Shown piece by piece: positions 25,984 through 33,332 of a stretch of DNA of 64,000 bases; positions within the stretch are counted from its first letter, which is position 1; each line of letters begins with the position of its first letter. Source of the DNA: a virus; IMG/VR virus record IMGVR_UViG_3300045988_107889, positions 32,001 through 96,000 of that record; one strand, 5' to 3'. The translations under genes were made by a program, and so were the position numbers. The notes under the pieces are model-generated. The model was not told the DNA's origin and ran no database searches. It saw only the letters and a program-made list of their open reading frames with translations.

Positions 25984-26068
25984 GTGGGCGTGATGTAATT
26001 GGCAAACATGCGAGATTTAGGTTCTCGTGTCGAAAGATGTGCGGGTTCGAACCCCGTCGCCCACTCCA
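25984..26068 (+). tRNA. tRNA-Leu(UAG)
   Basis: Acceptor GTGGGCG/CGCCCAC. Anticodon arm CGAGA-TTTAGGT-TCTCG. Variable arm TGTCGAAAGATGT. T arm GCGGG-TTCGAAC-CCCGT. Ends TCCA. Confidence 0.85.
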
Positions 26069-26072
26069 TGAT

Positions 26073-26100
26073 AAAGCCGCTGCTTGAGCAGCGGCTTTAA
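26073..26100 (+). terminator. rho-independent terminator closing the tRNA cluster
   Basis: AAAGCCGCTGC-ttga-GCAGCGGCTTT followed by aaatat. Confidence 0.75.
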
Positions 26101-26132
26101 ATATATCAGCAAGTTTTAGGAGGTACATACAA

Positions 26133-27005
26133 ATGACAGTGACAGCTTATGAAGAATTGTTGAGCAAGTTGTTGTTCGAAGAACGGAACGGTGGACAGTT
26201 GGCGTATGCTTACGTGTCTCCGGAAATGGCGACGGGTTTGTTGGCTATGTCCGGCGGCAATCGTCCGATCAGTAAGAGCACTGTGAATAAGTACAAGTCC
26301 CATATGATGAATGGCACATGGGATGAAGATACTCCGACTGGCTTTATTATGTTTGATAAGGCTGGTGTTCTTATCGACGGGCATCACCGGCTCGAAGCAG
26401 TGAAGCGCTGCGGTAAGACAGTAAAGATGTTCTTCCTGTTCAATATGGAACGCAGTCCGTACATTGACCGGGGTAGGGCGAGAAGTGAAGCCGACGCTTT
26501 GTGTATGGCCGAGGGCGGAAACAGAGGAAAGATTTCTTCTTACAAGCGCTCGGTTGCAATCTGCATGGTGCTGAATGAGTTTAGTGCGAGGCACTTGGAG
26601 AATGAAGCTAAGAGAGCGGACATGATTTCGAAGCACATCGCTGAATTCTCCTGGGTTAATAGTTTCTTGAAGGTGAGACAGAGAAAACTTGGCACGGCTC
26701 CGGTCACAGCTGCCATGTATCTGGCGAAAGAAGCCGGAGCGAGCGATGTTAAGCTCGAATACTTCTGGAATGTTCTCCAGACTGGTTATGCTGAGTCTAG
26801 TTTGGATAGGCAGATTGTCCGCTTGAGAGATTGGATTAAGGATTCTACTATTGATGGCCGGTGCAAGCATTATCGTCACCGTGTGTTCTTGACGACCTCT
26901 TATGTGTTGTCCAGATGGTTGGACGGCAAGGAAACCAAAGGCGTTCCCGATCCTGAGTGCTTGGTTGTTTGGAACAACGGTCAGCAAAGAATTGATAACG
27001 CATAA
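26133..27005 (+). CDS. ParB/sulfiredoxin-like nuclease-domain protein
   Basis: 290 aa. 'NRPISKSTVNKYKSHMMNGTW......VLIDGHHRLEAV' is a ParB N-terminal-domain DGxHR box. SD TAGGAGG. Confidence 0.8.
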   Translation: MTVTAYEELLSKLLFEERNGGQLAYAYVSPEMATGLLAMSGGNRPISKSTVNKYKSHMMNGTWDEDTPTGFIMFDKAGVLIDGHHRLEAVKRCGKTVKMFFLFNMERSPYIDRGRARSEADALCMAEGGNRGKISSYKRSVAICMVLNEFSARHLENEAKRADMISKHIAEFSWVNSFLKVRQRKLGTAPVTAAMYLAKEAGASDVKLEYFWNVLQTGYAESSLDRQIVRLRDWIKDSTIDGRCKHYRHRVFLTTSYVLSRWLDGKETKGVPDPECLVVWNNGQQRIDNA

Positions 27006-27039
27006 ATAGAATCGCAATTTGAACAAACGTCAGTAACTA

Positions 27040-27430
27040 CAGTTAATAACCAACAAAAACATTCGCATTTTTTCTCAAAAAAAATGAGAAGCTATTTCCG
27101 GAACGGGATAGTAATATATTGCCAGAGGAGAGCATCTCGCTGCCAAGCCTGATGGCAGTACCGCCGAGCGACTCGTGCATCCGCCAACCCAGCCGCAGGT
27201 CATCACAAGAGCAGACGCGAAAAAAAAAATGCCCACCACGCAGTCGCCCCGCATCAGAAAGGCACAAGGCTCGAAGCGACATGGAAGGTCGCAACGGTAC
27301 AACTATAGGCAAACGCACCCTGCAAGCAACGCAAGTACATTATGGCGCAAGCCACCTAACGACATCGCTCGATTTCCTGATTTCCTGAGGCCCATATCTA
27401 GGAGTGTAATGTTGGTTTACGACTGAGTTA
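27040..27430 (+). ncRNA. ORF-free, T-poor A/C-rich segment A (candidate structured RNA; paralogue of 32880-33320)
   Basis: No SD-preceded ORF. It contains an A-loop hairpin TTCTCA-A7-TGAGAA (27072-27090), CCGGAACGG (27098-27106) and the box CATCCGCCAACCCAGC (27178-27193). All three recur in the same order upstream of the RT gene. Confidence 0.4.
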
Positions 27431-27458
27431 ATAATACATGAAAAAAGGAGTACATAAC

Positions 27459-27848
27459 ATGGAAATTATCGTATGTGGTAACGCAGTAACGCTCAAGAGT
27501 GCTTTCACTCTTGAAGAAATCAATCGCGCAGCTCTGTATCGGCCTAAGTCTGTACAGCTGCTGGACGAAGATGGCAACGCACTGTTTTACACTCTCGCTG
27601 GCGAGAGAGGAGTAGTAGCACCGACCGGTATTATCTATGAGGCTGAGTCTTGTGATGGCTCTGGTCGTGCGGTCGTAACAGTGAGTCTTATTACCGAAGC
27701 TGACCGTTCCGTACGTGAGGTTGTTGCCGAGAGATATGCTTCTGTTATCGAGAAGGTAGAAAAGATTGAAGCCCAGGTGCGCGAAGCGCTGGAAGAGATC
27801 GACGTTATGATGGCACGGGTCAGTTCCAAGATCGTAGTAGCTGGCTAA
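27459..27848 (+). CDS. hypothetical protein ending ...KIVVAG
   Basis: The ATG at 27459 has SD AAAGGAG (the ORF track starts at 27438). 129 aa with a C-terminal Gly. Confidence 0.7.
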   Translation: MEIIVCGNAVTLKSAFTLEEINRAALYRPKSVQLLDEDGNALFYTLAGERGVVAPTGIIYEAESCDGSGRAVVTVSLITEADRSVREVVAERYASVIEKVEKIEAQVREALEEIDVMMARVSSKIVVAG

Positions 27849-27889
27849 AACAAATAAGCATAGATGTAATAACAGAAAGGAAGTATAAC

Positions 27890-28129
27890 ATGATTATTGT
27901 TAATGTTCGTAGCACCACCCGGCGTTTTGATGGTCAGGCTGTAGATGAGAGCGTGGAAACCCCTCGTTCTCTGTTCGAGAAGATCGGAATTGAGTGCAGC
28001 CGTAGCGTAAATTCTCTTTCCGGCACGATTCTGACGCCTGATGATATGAGTTGCACTTTTGCCGAACTTGGTGCCGCTGGTGTTTGTACTCTGAGTGCTA
28101 TTGTTAAGGCGCAAGGTAACGCGATCTGA
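27890..28129 (+). CDS. small beta-grasp-sized protein (ubiquitin-like candidate)
   Basis: 79 aa. 'MIIVNVRS...' then 'LSGTILTPDDMSCTFAELGAAGVCTLSAIVKAQGNAI' resembles a ThiS/MoaD/Ub-like layout, with a Gly three residues from the end. SD GAAAGGAAG. Confidence 0.7.
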   Translation: MIIVNVRSTTRRFDGQAVDESVETPRSLFEKIGIECSRSVNSLSGTILTPDDMSCTFAELGAAGVCTLSAIVKAQGNAI

Positions 28130-28255
28130 TTCGAGTTAGCACAATCTACGAGGCCGGACAATGTCCGGCCTCGTACATAACACAGTGAGTTGCTGGGAGG
28201 GCATTCGGTTACGTCGGATGACCTGCCAAGAGTTCATAAAGAAAGGAGAAGATAT

Positions 28256-29671
28256 ATGTTTTCAAATTGTTTGAAGCGCAGTGAAGTTTTAGTGCTGGCC
28301 CCAGAGCTGGAGTCTGAGTTTTCTAATATTGCTGGCGACGGGACGTTCAAAGGCGATGACTTTGCGTTGGCAATGGCTCGGTTGTTTTTGAAGCCAAGAG
28401 TTCCGGCGGACGTGTGCATCACGGTTAGAGTGGTGGATTCTAATTGTGCTGATTGGATTACGTGGATAAAAGACAAAGAGCGTTTTTCGGAGGTGACTTC
28501 TCAAGACAACACAATTACATTTTGCGTGTGTGATAAGGTTAAGGCCGTAGAAACTTTAGTCAGTAATATGAAATGTGCGAGCAGTTGGAAAGAGAAGACG
28601 GCAAGAGAGCTGAATCTAATGAAAGAACGACTCGGTATCATACTGAGAATTTTCAGTAATGAAGAGAGGAAGAGTACGGTTGTCCTTACCGACGTGGATA
28701 ACTATGGCTCGTGGCATTACCTAGTGTGTCTTTTCAATGTATTCTGCCCATGGTACATTAAAGACAGGACTGAAGCGGAGTCAAAGTTTATTAAGATTCT
28801 GTCCAAAGAAGACTCCGGCATGAGTGTAATCTGTAAAGCGATGAACGATATGGTTGCCGCTGCTGTGGACGTGGCCTCAGCTAAAAAGAGATATTACCTT
28901 TATGGCTATGAGGGAAAGCTAAGGAACGTACAGAGGGAAAGATACACAAAGAAGATGGAGAGTGCAAGAAGTCAGATCAATAAATTGACGTCCGATTTGA
29001 GAGATTGGTATAGAGAATACGAAGGTTGGTCTTTGTTGGTGGCAGCAATTGACAACAGTAATGTTGAGAGCAAGAACGAGTTAATGGATTATTTTCTGTC
29101 GAACAAAAATGTGTCTGTTGAGAGCGGTGACAAAGATGGGAATATCGTATATGTTGTAACTGGTTATATGACACTGTTTGATCCAGAGATTGCGAGAGAG
29201 TACATCAACAATTGGTCGTCGATTTTTTATACGCAGTCTTCGTATGCGGGCCTGACAGAAAGTGATACTAAAAAGTTAATGACAGGGATTTTCATTGACT
29301 CTGATATCAAAGTAAGAATGTGTTCCGCATGGAGACTTTCTTTCGGAGGAGGGGTACTACCCATCGTGGCATATGGGTATGGCTGTGAATACAACAGCTA
29401 TCTCCCCAACACACACCTTGATAAATATGGTTGCATGGGGAGCTGGCAACAGGCGTTAGAGAAATCTTGCGACAAATGTGACTACGTTTATACGGTAGAC
29501 ACGACGTGTGCCGAAAGCGGGAATCTGAATCTTAGTGATACTGTCGTATTGAGATCATTCCTTGAAGAGTTGTTGAGAGAAGGCGCTGTAGTATTGGAGT
29601 TGCCGGATGGGCGAGTAGTTAATTACATCGACGCAATTAAATGGATAAAGGAGAATAAGAGCAATGAATAA
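28256..29671 (+). CDS. large hypothetical protein; C-terminal region has an E2/UBC-like 'PN-x7-C' motif
   Basis: The ATG at 28256 has SD AAAGGAGAAG. 471 aa. 'YLPNTHLDKYGCMGSW' has the same Asn-to-Cys spacing as HPN-x7-C of UBC folds. This is motif-level evidence only. Confidence 0.7.
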   Translation: MFSNCLKRSEVLVLAPELESEFSNIAGDGTFKGDDFALAMARLFLKPRVPADVCITVRVVDSNCADWITWIKDKERFSEVTSQDNTITFCVCDKVKAVETLVSNMKCASSWKEKTARELNLMKERLGIILRIFSNEERKSTVVLTDVDNYGSWHYLVCLFNVFCPWYIKDRTEAESKFIKILSKEDSGMSVICKAMNDMVAAAVDVASAKKRYYLYGYEGKLRNVQRERYTKKMESARSQINKLTSDLRDWYREYEGWSLLVAAIDNSNVESKNELMDYFLSNKNVSVESGDKDGNIVYVVTGYMTLFDPEIAREYINNWSSIFYTQSSYAGLTESDTKKLMTGIFIDSDIKVRMCSAWRLSFGGGVLPIVAYGYGCEYNSYLPNTHLDKYGCMGSWQQALEKSCDKCDYVYTVDTTCAESGNLNLSDTVVLRSFLEELLREGAVVLELPDGRVVNYIDAIKWIKENKSNE

Positions 29672-30350
29672 GGCAACTAATGCAACGGATTTGTTGGCTG
29701 CGACAAATCCGTGCAAAATCGTATACAGTAAGAAGGCATGGATGAAGACGTGTTTGCTTGTTATGAATAGGAATCTTGAGGTTGGATGGCACGGAGTTGC
29801 AAGAAGGTTGGAAAATCCAGCTGAGTTTATCGTGGAGGACGTCTTGGTATTCCCCCAGAAGGTCACGTCGGCAAGCACCGAACCTGAAGATGCGGACTAT
29901 GTGAACTGGCAGGATTCTCTTAACACGGAAATATTCAATAAGGTTCGGTTGTACGGGCATTCTCATGTGAACATGGGTGTCAGTCCATCTTCTACGGATA
30001 TAAAGTATAGAGCAGATTTGCTGACAGACGTTGATGATTTCTACGTCTTTCAGATTTTCAATAAGAAAGGCTACATATCCTCACAGGTTTATGATGTTAG
30101 AGAAGGCATCCTGTACGAAAGCGACAATGTGGAACTCGCAGTGGAACGATGGAACCCCGCTGTATATGATTTGTGCAGAGGGTTTTTCGATAACATTGAC
30201 CGGTTTGAGAAGGTGGACGTGCGTGATGTACAGGATGGAATCGAGTGGATCATGAACGCAGCATCCGAGTTTGAAAAATTCATGGAGGACGCAGATAAAA
30301 TTATTGATGAGCGGCCCGATTGGCGTGACGGTAAGATGTTAATTAAGTAA
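29664..30350 (+). CDS. JAB/MPN (JAMM) metalloprotease
   Basis: 'GHSHVNMGVSPSSTD' fits H-x-H-x7-S-x2-D exactly, with an upstream Glu in 'EFIVEDVLVFPQ'. The gene overlaps its upstream neighbour by 8 nt. Confidence 0.85.
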   Translation: MNKATNATDLLAATNPCKIVYSKKAWMKTCLLVMNRNLEVGWHGVARRLENPAEFIVEDVLVFPQKVTSASTEPEDADYVNWQDSLNTEIFNKVRLYGHSHVNMGVSPSSTDIKYRADLLTDVDDFYVFQIFNKKGYISSQVYDVREGILYESDNVELAVERWNPAVYDLCRGFFDNIDRFEKVDVRDVQDGIEWIMNAASEFEKFMEDADKIIDERPDWRDGKMLIK

Positions 30351-30523
30351 AAAACATATGTGCCTGTACAGATATGTTAAATTACATATCACTCTTGTCG
30401 GAACGAGGGAGTAACAAATGGCTGTGTCGCTTCAAAAGTTTTCCGCTCTGGGAGTAGGAAAACTTTTTGAACTTAAACAGCTGGTTAGCTGTTCAGAGGT
30501 ACATAAGAAAGGAGAAGACCGGT

Positions 30524-30865
30524 ATGGAGGTATATTGTGTGATAACAGAAACAGACCAGGGTATTGATTTATCCGGTGTTTATTGGAATTTGGAGAGTGC
30601 GGTAGAACACGTGAAACGTAGGTTTTATTCAGTGTTTCAAGAATACGTCGATGATGGATGCGAAATGATTGAAGGTGACAATTTTAATGCTCCAGATAAA
30701 TACGGCGCGACAATTTATCTGGAACCGGACGACTATTGGATTTGGCGTGTTTACTTTGGCGAAGTAAGAGATGAGTGCCTGGTGAGTGGGCCGAACGAAG
30801 TGGTGCCGCCGCTAGAAGGGAAGCGTGTTGACGAAGAGACGCTTATGAATTGTTTGCTGCTATAG
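30524..30865 (+). CDS. CLLL-tail family protein 1
   Basis: 113 aa from the ATG with SD AAAGGAG. Ends '...VDEETLMNCLLL'. Confidence 0.7.
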   Translation: MEVYCVITETDQGIDLSGVYWNLESAVEHVKRRFYSVFQEYVDDGCEMIEGDNFNAPDKYGATIYLEPDDYWIWRVYFGEVRDECLVSGPNEVVPPLEGKRVDEETLMNCLLL

Positions 30866-30875
30866 AGGTGATATG

Positions 30876-31214
30876 ATGTTTGAACTTGGGCAGAAAGTTA
30901 CGCTTGCCCCAAAGTCATGGGATGAATTTCGGGGTGCTTTAATGGAGTTGTTTGCGAGAGAGATGATAGTAGATGAATTCTCAACTACTCATAAAGAAAT
31001 GATATTGGTTACAGGGGTGCTTTATGGGGAAGGCGATTCTTGGTTTAACGACCTTCTAATAAATGGAGGTGAGATTATCAAGTGCTATGCTACTGGTTGG
31101 TATATGGTGAATATAAATGGAGTAAAACTGAAATTTCACGAAAGCGTGTTGTGTCTGAAAGAAGACATGAGGTCAGTTGATGAAAAATTGTTCATAAGTT
31201 GCTTATTATTGTGA
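30876..31214 (+). CDS. CLLL-tail family protein 2
   Basis: 'MFELGQKVTLAPKSWDEF...' ends 'VDEKLFISCLLL'. SD GAGGTG lies 5 nt upstream. Paralogue of protein 3. Confidence 0.75.
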   Translation: MFELGQKVTLAPKSWDEFRGALMELFAREMIVDEFSTTHKEMILVTGVLYGEGDSWFNDLLINGGEIIKCYATGWYMVNINGVKLKFHESVLCLKEDMRSVDEKLFISCLLL

Positions 31215-31223
31215 GGTGATATA

Positions 31224-31556
31224 ATGTTTAGACCTGGGCAGCGGGTTGAGCTTATTCCCAAAACGTGGGATGAATTTAATGATAACTTACGGGCGGTATT
31301 TCCGAATGGAGCTGTGTCGCAGAGCGTAGACATCATCACAAACGAAAGATTTATATACGCCGACGATGTGATGTACGCGGAGGGCGATCCTTACCTCAGA
31401 GAGTTTATAAGAGACGGCGGCGAGATCGTTGAGTATGAACTTGGCGGTTGGTACAGGATAAGGGTTAGCAAAAAAGAGATGTCTTTCTATAAAAGTGTGT
31501 TGCGGTTAAAGCAATCTATTGATGAGCAGGTTTTTATGAACTGTTTGTTGTTGTGA
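31224..31556 (+). CDS. CLLL-tail family protein 3
   Basis: 'MFRPGQRVELIPKTWDEF...' ends 'IDEQVFMNCLLL'. SD GAGGTG lies 5 nt upstream. Confidence 0.75.
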   Translation: MFRPGQRVELIPKTWDEFNDNLRAVFPNGAVSQSVDIITNERFIYADDVMYAEGDPYLREFIRDGGEIVEYELGGWYRIRVSKKEMSFYKSVLRLKQSIDEQVFMNCLLL

Positions 31557-31570
31557 TAAGAGGTGGCGCT

Positions 31571-31840
31571 TTGAATATCGTAGCTGGTCAGAAATTTAGA
31601 GTTAAAAAGTGGTCAGAAAGCAATTCTGACCGCTTTTTTACCAGTAGCCATGAAAAGTATTGCGGGAAAACATTAACGGTGAGAGAAAAAGGTATACATA
31701 GAGGTGTGAGCGGTTACGTTCGCCCGATAATTTGGGCGTACGAATGTAGAGAGGTCGTGTGGTTTTCATGGATGATAGAACCTATTGAGGACCGCCGTCG
31801 TGTTAATGAAAATCTGTTTCTAAGCTGCTTGTTGTTGTAG
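31571..31840 (+). CDS. CLLL-tail family protein 4
   Basis: TTG at 31571 lies 5 nt after GAGGTG (the ORF track starts at 31553). '..GQKFRVKKW...WMIEPIEDRRRVNENLFLSCLLL'. Confidence 0.7.
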   Translation: MNIVAGQKFRVKKWSESNSDRFFTSSHEKYCGKTLTVREKGIHRGVSGYVRPIIWAYECREVVWFSWMIEPIEDRRRVNENLFLSCLLL

Positions 31841-31847
31841 GTGATGT

Positions 31848-32189
31848 ATGAAATTTGAAGATATGTATGTTGGGCAAAAGATTAGGGTACGGACTTTAGA
31901 CGACATGGTATCTGACCCTGATTTAACGTATAGACTTGATAAGTCTTTTAAAGTAGCGACGATCAGGTCTAAGGATAATACAACTCATTTGAGCTTAATT
32001 CGTAAGACAATGCGTTATTGTGGTACAGCTGTGACGGTGTTCTCATTAACAGAAAATCTTGCACCAACAGAGTGGAGGCATGTTTATATAGAAGAAGATA
32101 ATCAATATTACCCATGGGAGTCTTGGATGTTTGAACCGATTGAAAGTAAGGTTGATAGTGATGTATTCTTGAGTTGTTTAATGTTATGA
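31848..32189 (+). CDS. CLLL-tail family protein 5
   Basis: '..VGQKIRVRTLDDM...WMFEPIESKVDSDVFLSCLML'. Paralogue of protein 4. Confidence 0.75.
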   Translation: MKFEDMYVGQKIRVRTLDDMVSDPDLTYRLDKSFKVATIRSKDNTTHLSLIRKTMRYCGTAVTVFSLTENLAPTEWRHVYIEEDNQYYPWESWMFEPIESKVDSDVFLSCLML

Positions 32190-32202
32190 GGAGGCATGAA
32201 AA

Positions 32203-32871
32203 ATGAATTTGTCGAAGAGTATTGAGTTCTTTAACCCCACAAAGGTCAAAGAAAGAGTACATATCATCGGCTGTGGCGCGTCCGGTTCCACTGTAGCCGA
32301 ATTGTTGGCAAGAGCTGGGCTTGAGAAGGTTACTCTGTACGATTTTGACAAGGTTGAGTCGCACAATATCGCGAATCAGATGTTCAATGATAGCGACATC
32401 GGTAGAAATAAAGCTGAAGCCGTGAAAGATATGATGTTAAGTATCAATCCTGATGCAAATGGTATTGAAGTAGTTCAGGAGGGGTATACCAACCAGCGTC
32501 TGTCCGGCTATGTCTTCCTTATGGTGGACAACATTGATCTCCGCAGAAAAATTTGCGAAGAAAATGCTAGAAACCCGTATATCAAAGCTGTGTTTGATAC
32601 CAGACTTCGGCTGACGGACGCGCAACACTTTGCGGCTGACTGGAGTTCTAGTGCGATGGTTGAAAATCTGATTAACTCCATGCAGTTTACTCAAGAGGAA
32701 GCTCTGGCTGAAACTCCTCGATCTGCATGTAACCTGGAGCTTAGTATCGCTCCTTCCGTGCGGATGATTTGCTCTTGTGCAGTAGCAAACTTCATGAATT
32801 TTGTGAATGGGCGTTCGATCAAGAAGATAGTTTTGATCGACGCCTTTGATTTTACTATGGAAGCATATTAA
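32203..32871 (+). CDS. ThiF/MoeB/HesA-family E1-like adenylyltransferase
   Basis: 'RVHIIGCGASGSTVAELLARAGLEKVTLYDFDKVESHNIANQMF...DIGRNKAEA' is a Rossmann GxGxxG plus the D.D.V..sN..RQ box. 222 aa. SD GAGGAGG. Confidence 0.85.
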   Translation: MNLSKSIEFFNPTKVKERVHIIGCGASGSTVAELLARAGLEKVTLYDFDKVESHNIANQMFNDSDIGRNKAEAVKDMMLSINPDANGIEVVQEGYTNQRLSGYVFLMVDNIDLRRKICEENARNPYIKAVFDTRLRLTDAQHFAADWSSSAMVENLINSMQFTQEEALAETPRSACNLELSIAPSVRMICSCAVANFMNFVNGRSIKKIVLIDAFDFTMEAY

Positions 32872-32879
32872 ATATTAGT

Positions 32880-33320
32880 TGTTTGAGGTGGAAATTTCGT
32901 GTCGCCACGCGCCTTAATGGCTAAAGAGATGCAGGGGAATGGCACGCCTGCTAACAACCAATTCAATCTAAATATCTGAAAGCACTTTCTATTTAAAAAA
33001 AATAGAAACTCTTACCGGAACGGAAGAGTGGCACATCGTCCGAAAGAGGAACCCCGCTGCGTGCGATAGCAAACCAATACTTGGTGCCCTCCAAGAAGGC
33101 TTAACACCCCGGTGGCATCTTCTCTGATGAGAAGCATCGCCCGAACAACAGGAAAAACCAGAAGGATATTCGTTCGACAGGTTCAACATCCGCCACCAGC
33201 AGGGGTATCCGGCAAACAATAAACGCCAAGTCAGGGATTTCACCGTCTCAGACGACGACAAGCTCCGCGATGAGCATCTCGTACTGACATCCAAATCCAT
33301 ATATAGTTTCAGATAAAAGC
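32880..33320 (+). ncRNA. ORF-free, T-poor A/C-rich segment B directly upstream of the RT (candidate RT-associated ncRNA)
   Basis: It contains an A-loop hairpin TTTCTATT-..A8..-AATAGAAA (32986-33008), CCGGAACGG (33015-23) and the box CATCCGCCACCAGC (33187-33200). It is on the same strand as the RT and ends at the RT's SD. The only ORF here is an SD-less antisense one. Confidence 0.45.
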
Positions 33321-33332
33321 AAGGAGAATAAT

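Noticed and set aside
26106-27026. 306-aa minus-strand ORF
   Set aside because: It is antisense to the ParB-like gene, which carries the DGHHR motif. It has no SD.
27043-27426. Several overlapping 75-91-aa ORFs on both strands in segment A, and the 120-aa minus-strand ORF 32989-33351 in segment B
   Set aside because: Multiple frames are open at once because of the T-poor or A-poor composition. None has an SD, and the products are R/P/S-rich. They are treated as non-coding. A templated 'endless ORF' of the kind seen in some RT systems cannot be excluded without data.
30850-32189. C-terminal CLLL/CLML as a genuine CaaX prenylation box
   Set aside because: The motif fits formally, but no prenyltransferase or CaaX protease gene is visible. 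Bacterial hosts lack the pathway. It is kept only as a remark inside the tail-family finding.
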